From positions 1 to 27,661 of the IMG/VR virus record IMGVR_UViG_3300021138_000133: 27,661 bases of DNA; one strand, 5' to 3'. This stretch comes from a virus (taxonomy: Duplodnaviria > Caudoviricetes). The translations under genes were made by a program, and so were the position numbers. Of this stretch, positions 17,370 to 24,777 are shown one piece after another. The notes below the pieces were generated by a model, which worked only from the letters and a program-made list of their open reading frames with translations, ran no database searches and was not told the DNA's origin. Every line of letters begins with the position of its first letter. The first letter of the stretch is position 1.

Positions 17370-18059
17370 ATGATCAATATTATGAAATTATGCGATTTTG
17401 GATGTAACCGCTCTGCTACTAAACAGTTTAAGTCTGGGAAATATTGTTGTTCAAATTCTTCTAGCGGTTGTCCAACTATGAAAAAAAGAAATAGTGCTGG
17501 AGTTAAGGCCAAACGAAAAGAATTAGGTAATAACTTTTGGGCTAATGGACATCCTAAAGGAGCGACAGGATTAACACCGTGGAATAAAAATAAAACTGGA
17601 TTACAAACTGCATGGAATAAAGGATTAACAAATGATCCAAGATTAACAGGCAAGGCATCAACAGCAGAAAAAGAATTAGAAAGAAAAAATAAACTTAGTA
17701 AAATAGCTACAAAAAGACACGAAGCGGGTTGGGATAACAAAGCTGGAAGATGCAACAAATACAAATATAGTTCTCCAACCGCCGGCGATATAACACTAGA
17801 TGGCACTTGGGAATTATCAGTTGCAAAATGGTTAGATGCACAGAATTATAACTGGAAACGGAACACAAAACGATTTCAATATACAAATTTAAAAAATGCA
17901 TTAAGTCATTACACACCAGATTTTTGGGTGGAAGAATTAAATGGATACCTAGAAGTTAAGGGTTACGAAACCGAATTAGATAGATGCAAATGGCAACAAT
18001 TTACAGAAAATTTAACTGTGTGGAAGAAAAAAGATTTACAGAAATTAAAGTTAGTTTAA
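17370..18059 (+). CDS. free-standing PD-(D/E)xK endonuclease with N-terminal Cys cluster
   Basis: LCDFGC...CCS...GCP; PWNK/AWNKGLT repeats; GTWE...YTPDF...LEVKGY. Start 17370 or 17382. Confidence 0.8.
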   Translation: MINIMKLCDFGCNRSATKQFKSGKYCCSNSSSGCPTMKKRNSAGVKAKRKELGNNFWANGHPKGATGLTPWNKNKTGLQTAWNKGLTNDPRLTGKASTAEKELERKNKLSKIATKRHEAGWDNKAGRCNKYKYSSPTAGDITLDGTWELSVAKWLDAQNYNWKRNTKRFQYTNLKNALSHYTPDFWVEELNGYLEVKGYETELDRCKWQQFTENLTVWKKKDLQKLKLV

Positions 18060-18071
18060 GTAACGCATTAA

Positions 18072-18160
18072 CGAAGGCTCCCATAATTGGTATTGGAGCG
18101 GATTGCTAATCCGTCGACTGCGTAAGCGGTTTCAGAGTTCGAATCCCTAGCCCTCCGCCA
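18072..18160 (+). tRNA. tRNA-Ser(GCT), degenerate or chimeric
   Basis: GCGGA-TTGCTAA-TCCGT anticodon arm, long variable arm, GCCA end; two mismatches each in acceptor and T stems. Confidence 0.7.
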
Positions 18161-18180
18161 AGACTTTATAAGTAATATTA

Positions 18181-19341
18181 ATGTTAACCCTATCAAAAGA
18201 TAAATTTGGTTTCTATACAGTAGGCGAATTTAAAACGTATTCAAAAGTAGAAGCTATTGAACTTAGCAATAGAACAGGCCTACCACTCAAGTGGGATTTT
18301 AATAACTTAGAATTTTCAACTTATAACTGGGCTGTTGAACCAATTGCAAGTCTTAAAGAGCTGTACGGCCAACGAGCTCGTGATATCAGAGAACACTACG
18401 ACTATATTGTGGTATGGTGGTCAGGCGGTGCCGATAGTTATACCGTATTAAAATCATTTGTTGATAACAATTTATTCGTCGATGAAATAGCCACATTTCA
18501 TAACTATGCCGGAGACAAGTCCTGGGATAGTTATCTAAACAGTGAGATTAAGCGAGTAGCTATGCCAGTAGCAGAAAAGTTACTGGAGCATAGCCCTAAT
18601 ACACGATTTAGATTAATTGATTTAACTGATTACGAGTCAGATTTGTTCATTAAAGACGATAATCAGTTTGACTTCTTATATAAATCTAATGCACAGTTTA
18701 GTCCTAATCAACTGGCCCGTAGATACATTAGAGAAAAAGAAAAAGACTATCTTGATTTGTTTTCTCAAGGTAAGAGCGTATGCTTTGTCTGGGGCTGTGA
18801 TAAACCTCGTGTAAATTTGCAAGCAGACAGGCGATATGCTATCCAATTTGTTGATGTTGCTGATAATTGTGTAAATCCAATGACCCAGACGTTGAATAGA
18901 CCATGGGAAATCGACGAGTTCTTTTACTGGAGCCCAGACGCAAAGGATTTATTGTGCAAGCAAGGGCACGAAATGGTACGCTATCTTAGAAATATTCCTC
19001 CGCAAGATTTTGACTCAAAATGGCTGTCCACCGAACACAATTGGCTAGGTGGCGCTGTTGTTGATAAGAAACCCTGGTATCTAACCAATGCCGGGGTACA
19101 CAGGCTAATATACCCAGACTGGAATCCCGACACATATACCAGCGGTAAACATGATTTTTTATTAATGTGGAGCCCCAGGGATAATTGGTTCCTACGTGAT
19201 GTTAATTCCGATCAGTATAAAATTTATCAAGCAGGACTTGAAAAACTTGAAAGTATTGCTGGCGAGCAATGGCTCAGGCCCGGTGGCGGAATAGATCAAG
19301 GCCTAAAAACTTGTGTTAGCCCACCTTTATATTTAGAATGA
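18181..19341 (+). CDS. PP-loop ATP pyrophosphatase-like protein, long type
   Basis: WWSGGADS; paralogue of 5842-7068 (ELY..RAR..R..YDY, QGK.VC..WG.DKP). Confidence 0.78.
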   Translation: MLTLSKDKFGFYTVGEFKTYSKVEAIELSNRTGLPLKWDFNNLEFSTYNWAVEPIASLKELYGQRARDIREHYDYIVVWWSGGADSYTVLKSFVDNNLFVDEIATFHNYAGDKSWDSYLNSEIKRVAMPVAEKLLEHSPNTRFRLIDLTDYESDLFIKDDNQFDFLYKSNAQFSPNQLARRYIREKEKDYLDLFSQGKSVCFVWGCDKPRVNLQADRRYAIQFVDVADNCVNPMTQTLNRPWEIDEFFYWSPDAKDLLCKQGHEMVRYLRNIPPQDFDSKWLSTEHNWLGGAVVDKKPWYLTNAGVHRLIYPDWNPDTYTSGKHDFLLMWSPRDNWFLRDVNSDQYKIYQAGLEKLESIAGEQWLRPGGGIDQGLKTCVSPPLYLE

Positions 19342-19412
19342 CATAAAGATTCTATCATAATTTTAATCCATAGCGGAACACAAATAAGTAAAAGTATAAT
19401 ACAAGGAATATC

Positions 19413-19622
19413 ATGGCAAGTAATAAATCAGGTCAAAAGAGTCGTAAGGCAGATCCAATGCGTACTAAGAATGGTAAGGAACGCTTAGGTCCATTGAATC
19501 TAGCACAGTTGGAAAAGTTATTGGCCAATGCCCGTAAAAAGACTGCACCAAAAATTCAACGCAGAATTGCTGTAATCAAAGGTCGTCCAGGTTTCGTCGA
19601 AAAAGAAGTTGTAGCAGAGTAG
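19413..19622 (+). CDS. small basic hypothetical protein
   Basis: AAGGA SD; Lys/Arg-rich, 69 aa. Confidence 0.8.
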   Translation: MASNKSGQKSRKADPMRTKNGKERLGPLNLAQLEKLLANARKKTAPKIQRRIAVIKGRPGFVEKEVVAE

Positions 19623-19640
19623 TTGGTGGAGTCGGACTAG

Positions 19641-19711
19641 GCCCTTTTAATATAATGGTAATATGCTAGATTTGTAATCTTGACATGGGAGTTCGATTCT
19701 CTCAAAGGGCA
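19641..19711 (+). tRNA. tRNA-Thr(TGT), no encoded CCA
   Basis: Acceptor GCCCTTT/AAAGGGC; loop TTTGTAA; T-arm GGGAG-TTCGATT-CTCTC. Confidence 0.85.
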
Positions 19712-19722
19712 TACTAAACAAT

Positions 19723-19805
19723 TCCACGAGAGCCGCCGGGTGTGGCAGCAGACTGTTAATCTGTGTCGAAAGACTAGCTAGGTTCAAGCCCTAGTCGTGG
19801 AGCCA
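19723..19805 (+). tRNA. tRNA-Asn(GTT) with extended variable arm
   Basis: Acceptor TCCACGA/TCGTGGA; GCAGA-CTGTTAA-TCTGT; GTC-GAAA-GAC variable hairpin; CTAGG-TTCAAGC-CCTAG; GCCA. Confidence 0.85.
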
Positions 19806-19813
19806 AAGAATTT

Positions 19814-20095
19814 ATGAAAAAAAGAAAAGTAGAAAAACAACCTAGCCCAACCTGGGGTAAGATGTTAACTCGAGAAGAGTTATTAGCATTACTAGCCAGA
19901 CTAGATGCAAAGAAAAAGGAACGTGAAATGAGCAAACTATCAGATACACTAGCAAAAGCATTAGCAAAGAAACAAGGCCGTACTCACGTGGATGGCAGTG
20001 AAGTTAATACCACAGTGGAGAAGAAAGCCAAAGTTAAACCGTCAGCAGGTCCGGCTAAAAAGCCACCAACGAGAAGTGCTGGCCGCGGTAGATAA
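19814..20095 (+). CDS. Lys-rich hypothetical protein (possible internal start at 19928)
   Basis: ORF; AAGGA precedes in-frame ATG 19928. Confidence 0.65.
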   Translation: MKKRKVEKQPSPTWGKMLTREELLALLARLDAKKKEREMSKLSDTLAKALAKKQGRTHVDGSEVNTTVEKKAKVKPSAGPAKKPPTRSAGRGR

Positions 20096-20112
20096 CCCAA
20101 TAAATTCAACGG

Positions 20113-20141
20113 TTGACCATTAATTCCCATTTTGCTATAAT
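20113..20141 (+). promoter_or_regulatory. sigma70-type promoter with AGxxGTATAGT downstream box
   Basis: TTGACC-N17-TATAAT-AGCAGTATAGT. Confidence 0.8.
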
Positions 20142-20169
20142 AGCAGTATAGTAATTAAAAGGAGTTAAG

Positions 20170-20376
20170 ATGGCTTATACCGTTTTCCAACACAATCCTG
20201 GCTTTGGCCCACGCAAGGGCTTAGAAGGACCTTTTCATTACCCAAGTGGTGCTGTATTATACTATGATACTAAAGCAGGTGAGTATTATGACCCCAAGAC
20301 CGATTGGTATGTAAGCAAAGACGATGTTGCCGTTTTACAACAACAGATCTTTGATCGTTTGACACAGAATTCGTAA
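20170..20376 (+). CDS. hypothetical phage protein
   Basis: AAGGAG SD; GLEGPF...VLYYD..AGEYYDP.TD. Confidence 0.85.
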   Translation: MAYTVFQHNPGFGPRKGLEGPFHYPSGAVLYYDTKAGEYYDPKTDWYVSKDDVAVLQQQIFDRLTQNS

Positions 20377-20387
20377 TTTGCTATAAT
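20359..20387 (+). promoter_or_regulatory. sigma70-type promoter
   Basis: TTGACA-N17-TATAAT-AGTCGTATAGT. Confidence 0.8.
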
Positions 20388-20440
20388 AGTCGTATAGTAA
20401 TTAATTTCAACCTGTAGTAAGTAATTTAAAGGACACAGCC

Positions 20441-21526
20441 ATGTCAGAAACAAGAACAGTCACCTCGGTGCAGGCTCGTAAGAGTCTACTCAAAGCATTT
20501 AAAAAACAACGCCCCTTATTCCTCTGGGGCCCTCCTGGTATCGGTAAGTCAGAGTTGGTAGCAGATATCACTGCTGAACTCGGTGGTGCCATGATTGACC
20601 TTCGTCTAGGTCAGATGGAGCCCACAGATATCCGTGGTATTCCGTTTTATAACAAAGACAACGGTAAAATGGATTGGGCCGAACCAATCGATCTTCCAAG
20701 TGAAGAATATGCCGCACAATATCCAATCGTGGTATTGTTCCTAGATGAGATGAACTCATCTGCGCCTAGTGTTCAGGCCGCGGCTTATCAGTTGATTTTA
20801 AATCGACGTATTGGCAAATACCATTTGCCTAAAAATGTAGTCTTAGTTGCCGCAGGTAATCGTGAGTCAGACAAAGGCGTGACTTATCGTATGCCTACTC
20901 CGCTTGCAAATCGTTTCATCCACCAAGAAATGAAGTGTGATTTTGCTTCATGGCAGGAGTGGGCTGTAAACAAGAACATCCATAAGGACGTGGTAGGTTA
21001 CTTGAGTTTTGCCAAGCAGGACTTATACGACTTCGACGCTAAATCTGCTAGTCGTGCCTTTGCTACACCACGTTCGTGGACCTTTGTAAGTGAATTGCTC
21101 GAAGACGAAGATGGTGATGATGATACCATTATGAACTTGATTGCAGGTACTGTAGGCGAAGGCCTTGCTGTTAAGTTTATGGCACACCGTAAGATTGCTG
21201 GTCGTATGCCCAAGCCCGAAGACATCTTGTCGGGCAAGGAAAAAGAGCTGAATGTTAAAGAAGTATCGGCTATGTATAGTCTGGTGATTAGTATGTGCTA
21301 TGAGCTTAAAGGTGCAATTGAGAAGAAGGTTGCAGACAAGGTATTCCATGAAATGGCAGATAACTTCTTTGCTTACATGATGAAAAACTTTGAAACTGAG
21401 TTGGTTGTTATGGGGGCAAGGATCGCTTTGACAACCTATAATTTGCCATTCCAACCTACTAAGTTGAAAAACTTTGATGAGTTTCACAAAAGGTACGGCC
21501 GCTACATCCTCCAAGCAAGTGCCTAA
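20441..21526 (+). CDS. MoxR-family AAA+ ATPase
   Basis: Walker A GPPGIGKS, Walker B LFLDE, AAGN sensor, PLANRF, TPRSW. Confidence 0.93.
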   Translation: MSETRTVTSVQARKSLLKAFKKQRPLFLWGPPGIGKSELVADITAELGGAMIDLRLGQMEPTDIRGIPFYNKDNGKMDWAEPIDLPSEEYAAQYPIVVLFLDEMNSSAPSVQAAAYQLILNRRIGKYHLPKNVVLVAAGNRESDKGVTYRMPTPLANRFIHQEMKCDFASWQEWAVNKNIHKDVVGYLSFAKQDLYDFDAKSASRAFATPRSWTFVSELLEDEDGDDDTIMNLIAGTVGEGLAVKFMAHRKIAGRMPKPEDILSGKEKELNVKEVSAMYSLVISMCYELKGAIEKKVADKVFHEMADNFFAYMMKNFETELVVMGARIALTTYNLPFQPTKLKNFDEFHKRYGRYILQASA

Positions 21527-21567
21527 ACAACTCGGGCATTTACGGGCTGTGGGTGCCTGACAGTTGG

Positions 21568-21595
21568 CAAAAGGATCTTAGGATCCTTTTGTTTT
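21568..21595 (+). terminator. intrinsic terminator (possibly bidirectional)
   Basis: CAAAAGGATC-TTAG-GATCCTTTTG followed by TTTT. Confidence 0.7.
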
Positions 21596-21622
21596 GACAT
21601 CTGTCCATATCCGTGCTATAAT
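21594..21622 (+). promoter_or_regulatory. sigma70-type promoter
   Basis: TTGACA-N17-TATAAT. Confidence 0.8.
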
Positions 21623-21656
21623 AGCATATTATCATAGTATTTGCGAGAGGTAAGAA

Positions 21657-21935
21657 ATGAAGAAAAGAATCAATACAATGGATCTTGATACTTCGGCTCG
21701 GGTTATTCAAGAGTATGCCATACAGCACAATCTTGGTGTTGCTGACGCAATAACCCAATTGTCCCACCAGTCGTTTGAAGATTGGAAACACACTCTTCGA
21801 GGTGCTCCACGAACCTATCAACGGCAGTTGAACCAACTCGAAGAAGATGCCTTGGATTGTTATGTGCGACAGCAATGGAAATGGAGAACCGCGGCCTTGC
21901 GAAACGGATTGGATATTTCAGATTTCGTTCCGTGA
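21657..21935 (+). CDS. hypothetical protein
   Basis: GAGGT SD; own promoter. Confidence 0.75.
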   Translation: MKKRINTMDLDTSARVIQEYAIQHNLGVADAITQLSHQSFEDWKHTLRGAPRTYQRQLNQLEEDALDCYVRQQWKWRTAALRNGLDISDFVP

Positions 21936-21975
21936 CACGGGCTGTGTTCGCACCGCCCTCCAACCTTTTATACAC

Positions 21976-22230
21976 ATGAACTATACCTTAGAAGATACCG
22001 TTCCTAACGAGCATTTTAAATACATCATCGATGTGCCTAATATGCTAGAATTCCACGAAGCCCGTCGGTGGATGAGTGCAACTTATGGATATACCGAAGA
22101 TATCAAAAAAGATCAACCCGCGACCAATCCACAGTGGGCCTTTACAGTTGACTGGCGGCGACATAAAATCTATCTACGAGGTGATGAAGAATTGTCATGG
22201 TTTAAGGTCCGACATGGAGAAACACAATGA
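21976..22230 (+). CDS. small array protein (divergent C-terminal motif)
   Basis: Ends IYLRGDEELSWFKVRH; start re-assigned to ATG 21976. Confidence 0.75.
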   Translation: MNYTLEDTVPNEHFKYIIDVPNMLEFHEARRWMSATYGYTEDIKKDQPATNPQWAFTVDWRRHKIYLRGDEELSWFKVRHGETQ

Positions 22231-22463
22231 GCCAGCCACATCAACCGGCTGATTTACAACAGGGTAAGCGGTTTGAAGTCACCGGAGATCAATATCAACC
22301 CAGTTTGATTATACTGGATCACGATTGGTGGCAGGCCAATGAGTATGCTATACATGAATGGATGGCCGCACACTTGCCCAACGGTATCAATCATCATTTT
22401 GGATCCTTGCTTAACTTTGGTAATCCCCGTGAGCGTATGATGTTTCTATTGAGGTGGGCATGA
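22227..22463 (+). CDS. small array protein, ends FLLRWA
   Basis: ATGA-coupled; F-x-L-R-W terminus. Confidence 0.8.
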   Translation: MSQPHQPADLQQGKRFEVTGDQYQPSLIILDHDWWQANEYAIHEWMAAHLPNGINHHFGSLLNFGNPRERMMFLLRWA

Positions 22464-22669
22464 ACGAAATACACAATAGGTATGTGGCTAGTATAATGGC
22501 TCCTATTATGTCGGCCAATCCTATTAACGGGCATCGTTACCAAGGGTGGAAACCGTGTATAGACTGGTGCGAAGAACAGATTGTAGACGGCTGGTGGTAT
22601 ATTGGTGAAGGTGTATTTGAGTTTGTAGATGAAGCCGACCGTACTATGTTTATGTTGCGGTGGGAATGA
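22460..22669 (+). CDS. small array protein, ends FMLRWE
   Basis: ATGA overlap; WC...FEFVDEADRTMFMLRW. Confidence 0.8.
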   Translation: MNEIHNRYVASIMAPIMSANPINGHRYQGWKPCIDWCEEQIVDGWWYIGEGVFEFVDEADRTMFMLRWE

Positions 22670-22905
22670 AAACTCAATACGACTACTGGAAAGAAGCGCA
22701 TGACCAAGTTATGGAGGAGATGCAGATGATTAAGTTCAAAGGACCTCAAGGTAACTGGCAACCATACTACATTTGGAAGCCACGTAGGATCAACGGCAAG
22801 TGGTACTGGCTTACTATGGTATATCGTAGAGAAAAGAATCGTATAGTGTATCCACACCAAGGCTATGAGTTTGGTGACGGGTTTGACGTATTAAGAGACG
22901 CATGA
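22666..22905 (+). CDS. hypothetical protein (not of the array family)
   Basis: ATGA overlap; WKPRRINGKWYWL. Confidence 0.75.
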   Translation: MKTQYDYWKEAHDQVMEEMQMIKFKGPQGNWQPYYIWKPRRINGKWYWLTMVYRREKNRIVYPHQGYEFGDGFDVLRDA

Positions 22906-23126
22906 TTAGAGGCAGCACCGCAGATCCAGCATTTAACCAAGCATATTGTAATGCCCTACGTGCCTTGCCGGTTGAGCATTTGGAAACACCTAGGCAGTAT
23001 GGCCAACGGTGGCGTGAAGCGTATCGTTGTAGGGTTGATCCTAATGATACCCCTGGATGGCCGATAAAAGTTTACGTATTCGATCAGGATGCGGATTACA
23101 CTTGGTTTATGTTGAGGTGGGGATGA
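22902..23126 (+). CDS. small array protein, ends FMLRWG
   Basis: ATGA overlap; VFDQDADYTWFMLRW. Confidence 0.8.
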   Translation: MIRGSTADPAFNQAYCNALRALPVEHLETPRQYGQRWREAYRCRVDPNDTPGWPIKVYVFDQDADYTWFMLRWG

Positions 23127-23329
23127 AGTTAACTGTGCTTGTTCGGAATGCCGCGGATGCCTTATTGCTTAAAGAACAGGTTGAGGAATCTTATTTGGAC
23201 TTTACATGGCGGTATACTCCTCAAGTAAATAACTGGTCAGGAGACGAAATCATAACTCCTGGTCAAGTGGAGTTTAACTTCAAGGACGAACAGATGGCAA
23301 CTTACTTTCAGTTAAAATGGGCTAAATGA
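23123..23329 (+). CDS. small array protein, ends FQLKWAK
   Basis: ATGA overlap at 23123; FNFKDEQMATYFQLKW. Confidence 0.8.
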   Translation: MKLTVLVRNAADALLLKEQVEESYLDFTWRYTPQVNNWSGDEIITPGQVEFNFKDEQMATYFQLKWAK

Positions 23330-23616
23330 ATTATTATTACGAAATAGATCCTAAGTATGACGGCACCGTATTTGGCGACAAATGGCGTTATTGGTGCATG
23401 GCCAACTGTTCGCCTGCGGACAATGGTAAGATGTGTTTTAAGACCCACGATGAGTTTGTGGCTCGCAGTAGTCGTGTATGGCTAGAAAATGTTAACGGTG
23501 TTCATCAAATCAAACCCGACTGGTATGGTATGCGTGGCCAAGTAGATCCACACGAATTTACTCTAATTAAACTTAGAGCAAAAACAATTAAATGGTGGCA
23601 CGATGAGTCGGGATGA
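23326..23616 (+). CDS. hypothetical protein (array-related, EFTLIKLRA)
   Basis: ATGA overlap. Confidence 0.75.
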   Translation: MNYYYEIDPKYDGTVFGDKWRYWCMANCSPADNGKMCFKTHDEFVARSSRVWLENVNGVHQIKPDWYGMRGQVDPHEFTLIKLRAKTIKWWHDESG

Positions 23617-23878
23617 ATACTACAAGAATACAGCGGCACGCTTAGATACCATCATAGGTGGTGATACACAGCACTTCCTTAGACTACAACGAGTCAAGAA
23701 TGAATATGATGAGCTAGCTAGAGATGTTCCTGTTGGGCAAGGATTCCTTACATTTGATGACTATGTAAGAGAATACTACGGTGTTAAGTTACAGTTTGAT
23801 GGTGATAATGTTACACTGGCTTATAGTGTAATTGACGAAAAGAAATATGTTATGTTTGTTTTAAAGTTTAATAGATAA
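23603..23878 (+). CDS. small array protein, ends FVLKFNR
   Basis: VIDEKKYVMFVLKF. Confidence 0.8.
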   Translation: MSRDEYYKNTAARLDTIIGGDTQHFLRLQRVKNEYDELARDVPVGQGFLTFDDYVREYYGVKLQFDGDNVTLAYSVIDEKKYVMFVLKFNR

Positions 23879-24126
23879 TGCATGTAAACAATTTCTCTCT
23901 TCCTAGGCCGCCAGAACAAGCACTGGATCAGTGTCATGCTGTGTATATCAACGATCCTGCATTTCGTATGTGGGCCATGAAGAAATTTTGTCGAGAACAG
24001 AATCTAAGTTTGGTATGGTCGGAGTTAGTAGATACCGCAGATGTCAGTGCTTTTTTTGACGAAGCCGCGGCATTCTACTTTATTGATCCTGCGGATGCTA
24101 CCTTGTTTACGTTAAAGTTTAAATGA
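23878..24126 (+). CDS. small array protein, ends FTLKFK
   Basis: TAATG overlap; FYFIDPADATLFTLKF. Confidence 0.8.
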   Translation: MHVNNFSLPRPPEQALDQCHAVYINDPAFRMWAMKKFCREQNLSLVWSELVDTADVSAFFDEAAAFYFIDPADATLFTLKFK

Positions 24127-24344
24127 GTTTAAAGCCTGGACATTGGAACAGTCATTATCCTACGGGCAAATGGGAACATGATATTCCGTTAGAGTTTGTT
24201 GATCTAGATGAAATTTTGGCTTGGTGTCAACGAGAGTTTATAGATCACGCAACCTGTATGCGATATGAGGTGTATAATAACCGAGCAAAGTTTATATTCT
24301 ATGACAATCAAGATTATGTATCATTCCTATTGAGGTGGGCGTAA
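24123..24344 (+). CDS. small array protein, ends FLLRWA
   Basis: ATGA overlap; WC...FIFYDNQDYVSFLLRW. Confidence 0.8.
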   Translation: MSLKPGHWNSHYPTGKWEHDIPLEFVDLDEILAWCQREFIDHATCMRYEVYNNRAKFIFYDNQDYVSFLLRWA

Positions 24345-24571
24345 TGGTTGGAGAGCGTAATCCTCAACTAACGGTCCCGGTAAAGACCTCCTCTCACTAC
24401 ACTGAATGTGAGCCCTGGTGTAACGCTCATGTGGGTGCGTGGAACGTGACTTGGTGGAGAGACTTTCCTGATATTGCAATGAGTGTGGCCTTGGGTCAAG
24501 GACCACAACCCGATTGTTATTGGTTTGAGAGTGAACAGGATGCCTTAATGTTTAGGTTACGATTTAGATGA
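24344..24571 (+). CDS. small array protein, ends FRLRFR
   Basis: TAATG overlap; WC...YWFESEQDALMFRLRF. Confidence 0.8.
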   Translation: MVGERNPQLTVPVKTSSHYTECEPWCNAHVGAWNVTWWRDFPDIAMSVALGQGPQPDCYWFESEQDALMFRLRFR

Positions 24572-24777
24572 TCAACTGGTCTTGGTTAGTTGCTCGGTTT
24601 ATTGGTGCCATTGGGTCATGGATAGATGCCAGCAACCTTAGAAATCAAATGTATCGATTACGAGAACAAAATGAAATTATGCGAACAAGTTTAGAAGATA
24701 TTCAACGCATGGATGCAGAAGGTCGTATGGGATGGCATGCCAAACGCACTATAGATATCGTGGATGGAACCGAATGA
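24568..24777 (+). CDS. hypothetical coiled-coil protein
   Basis: Overlaps both neighbours by 4 nt. Confidence 0.72.
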   Translation: MINWSWLVARFIGAIGSWIDASNLRNQMYRLREQNEIMRTSLEDIQRMDAEGRMGWHAKRTIDIVDGTE

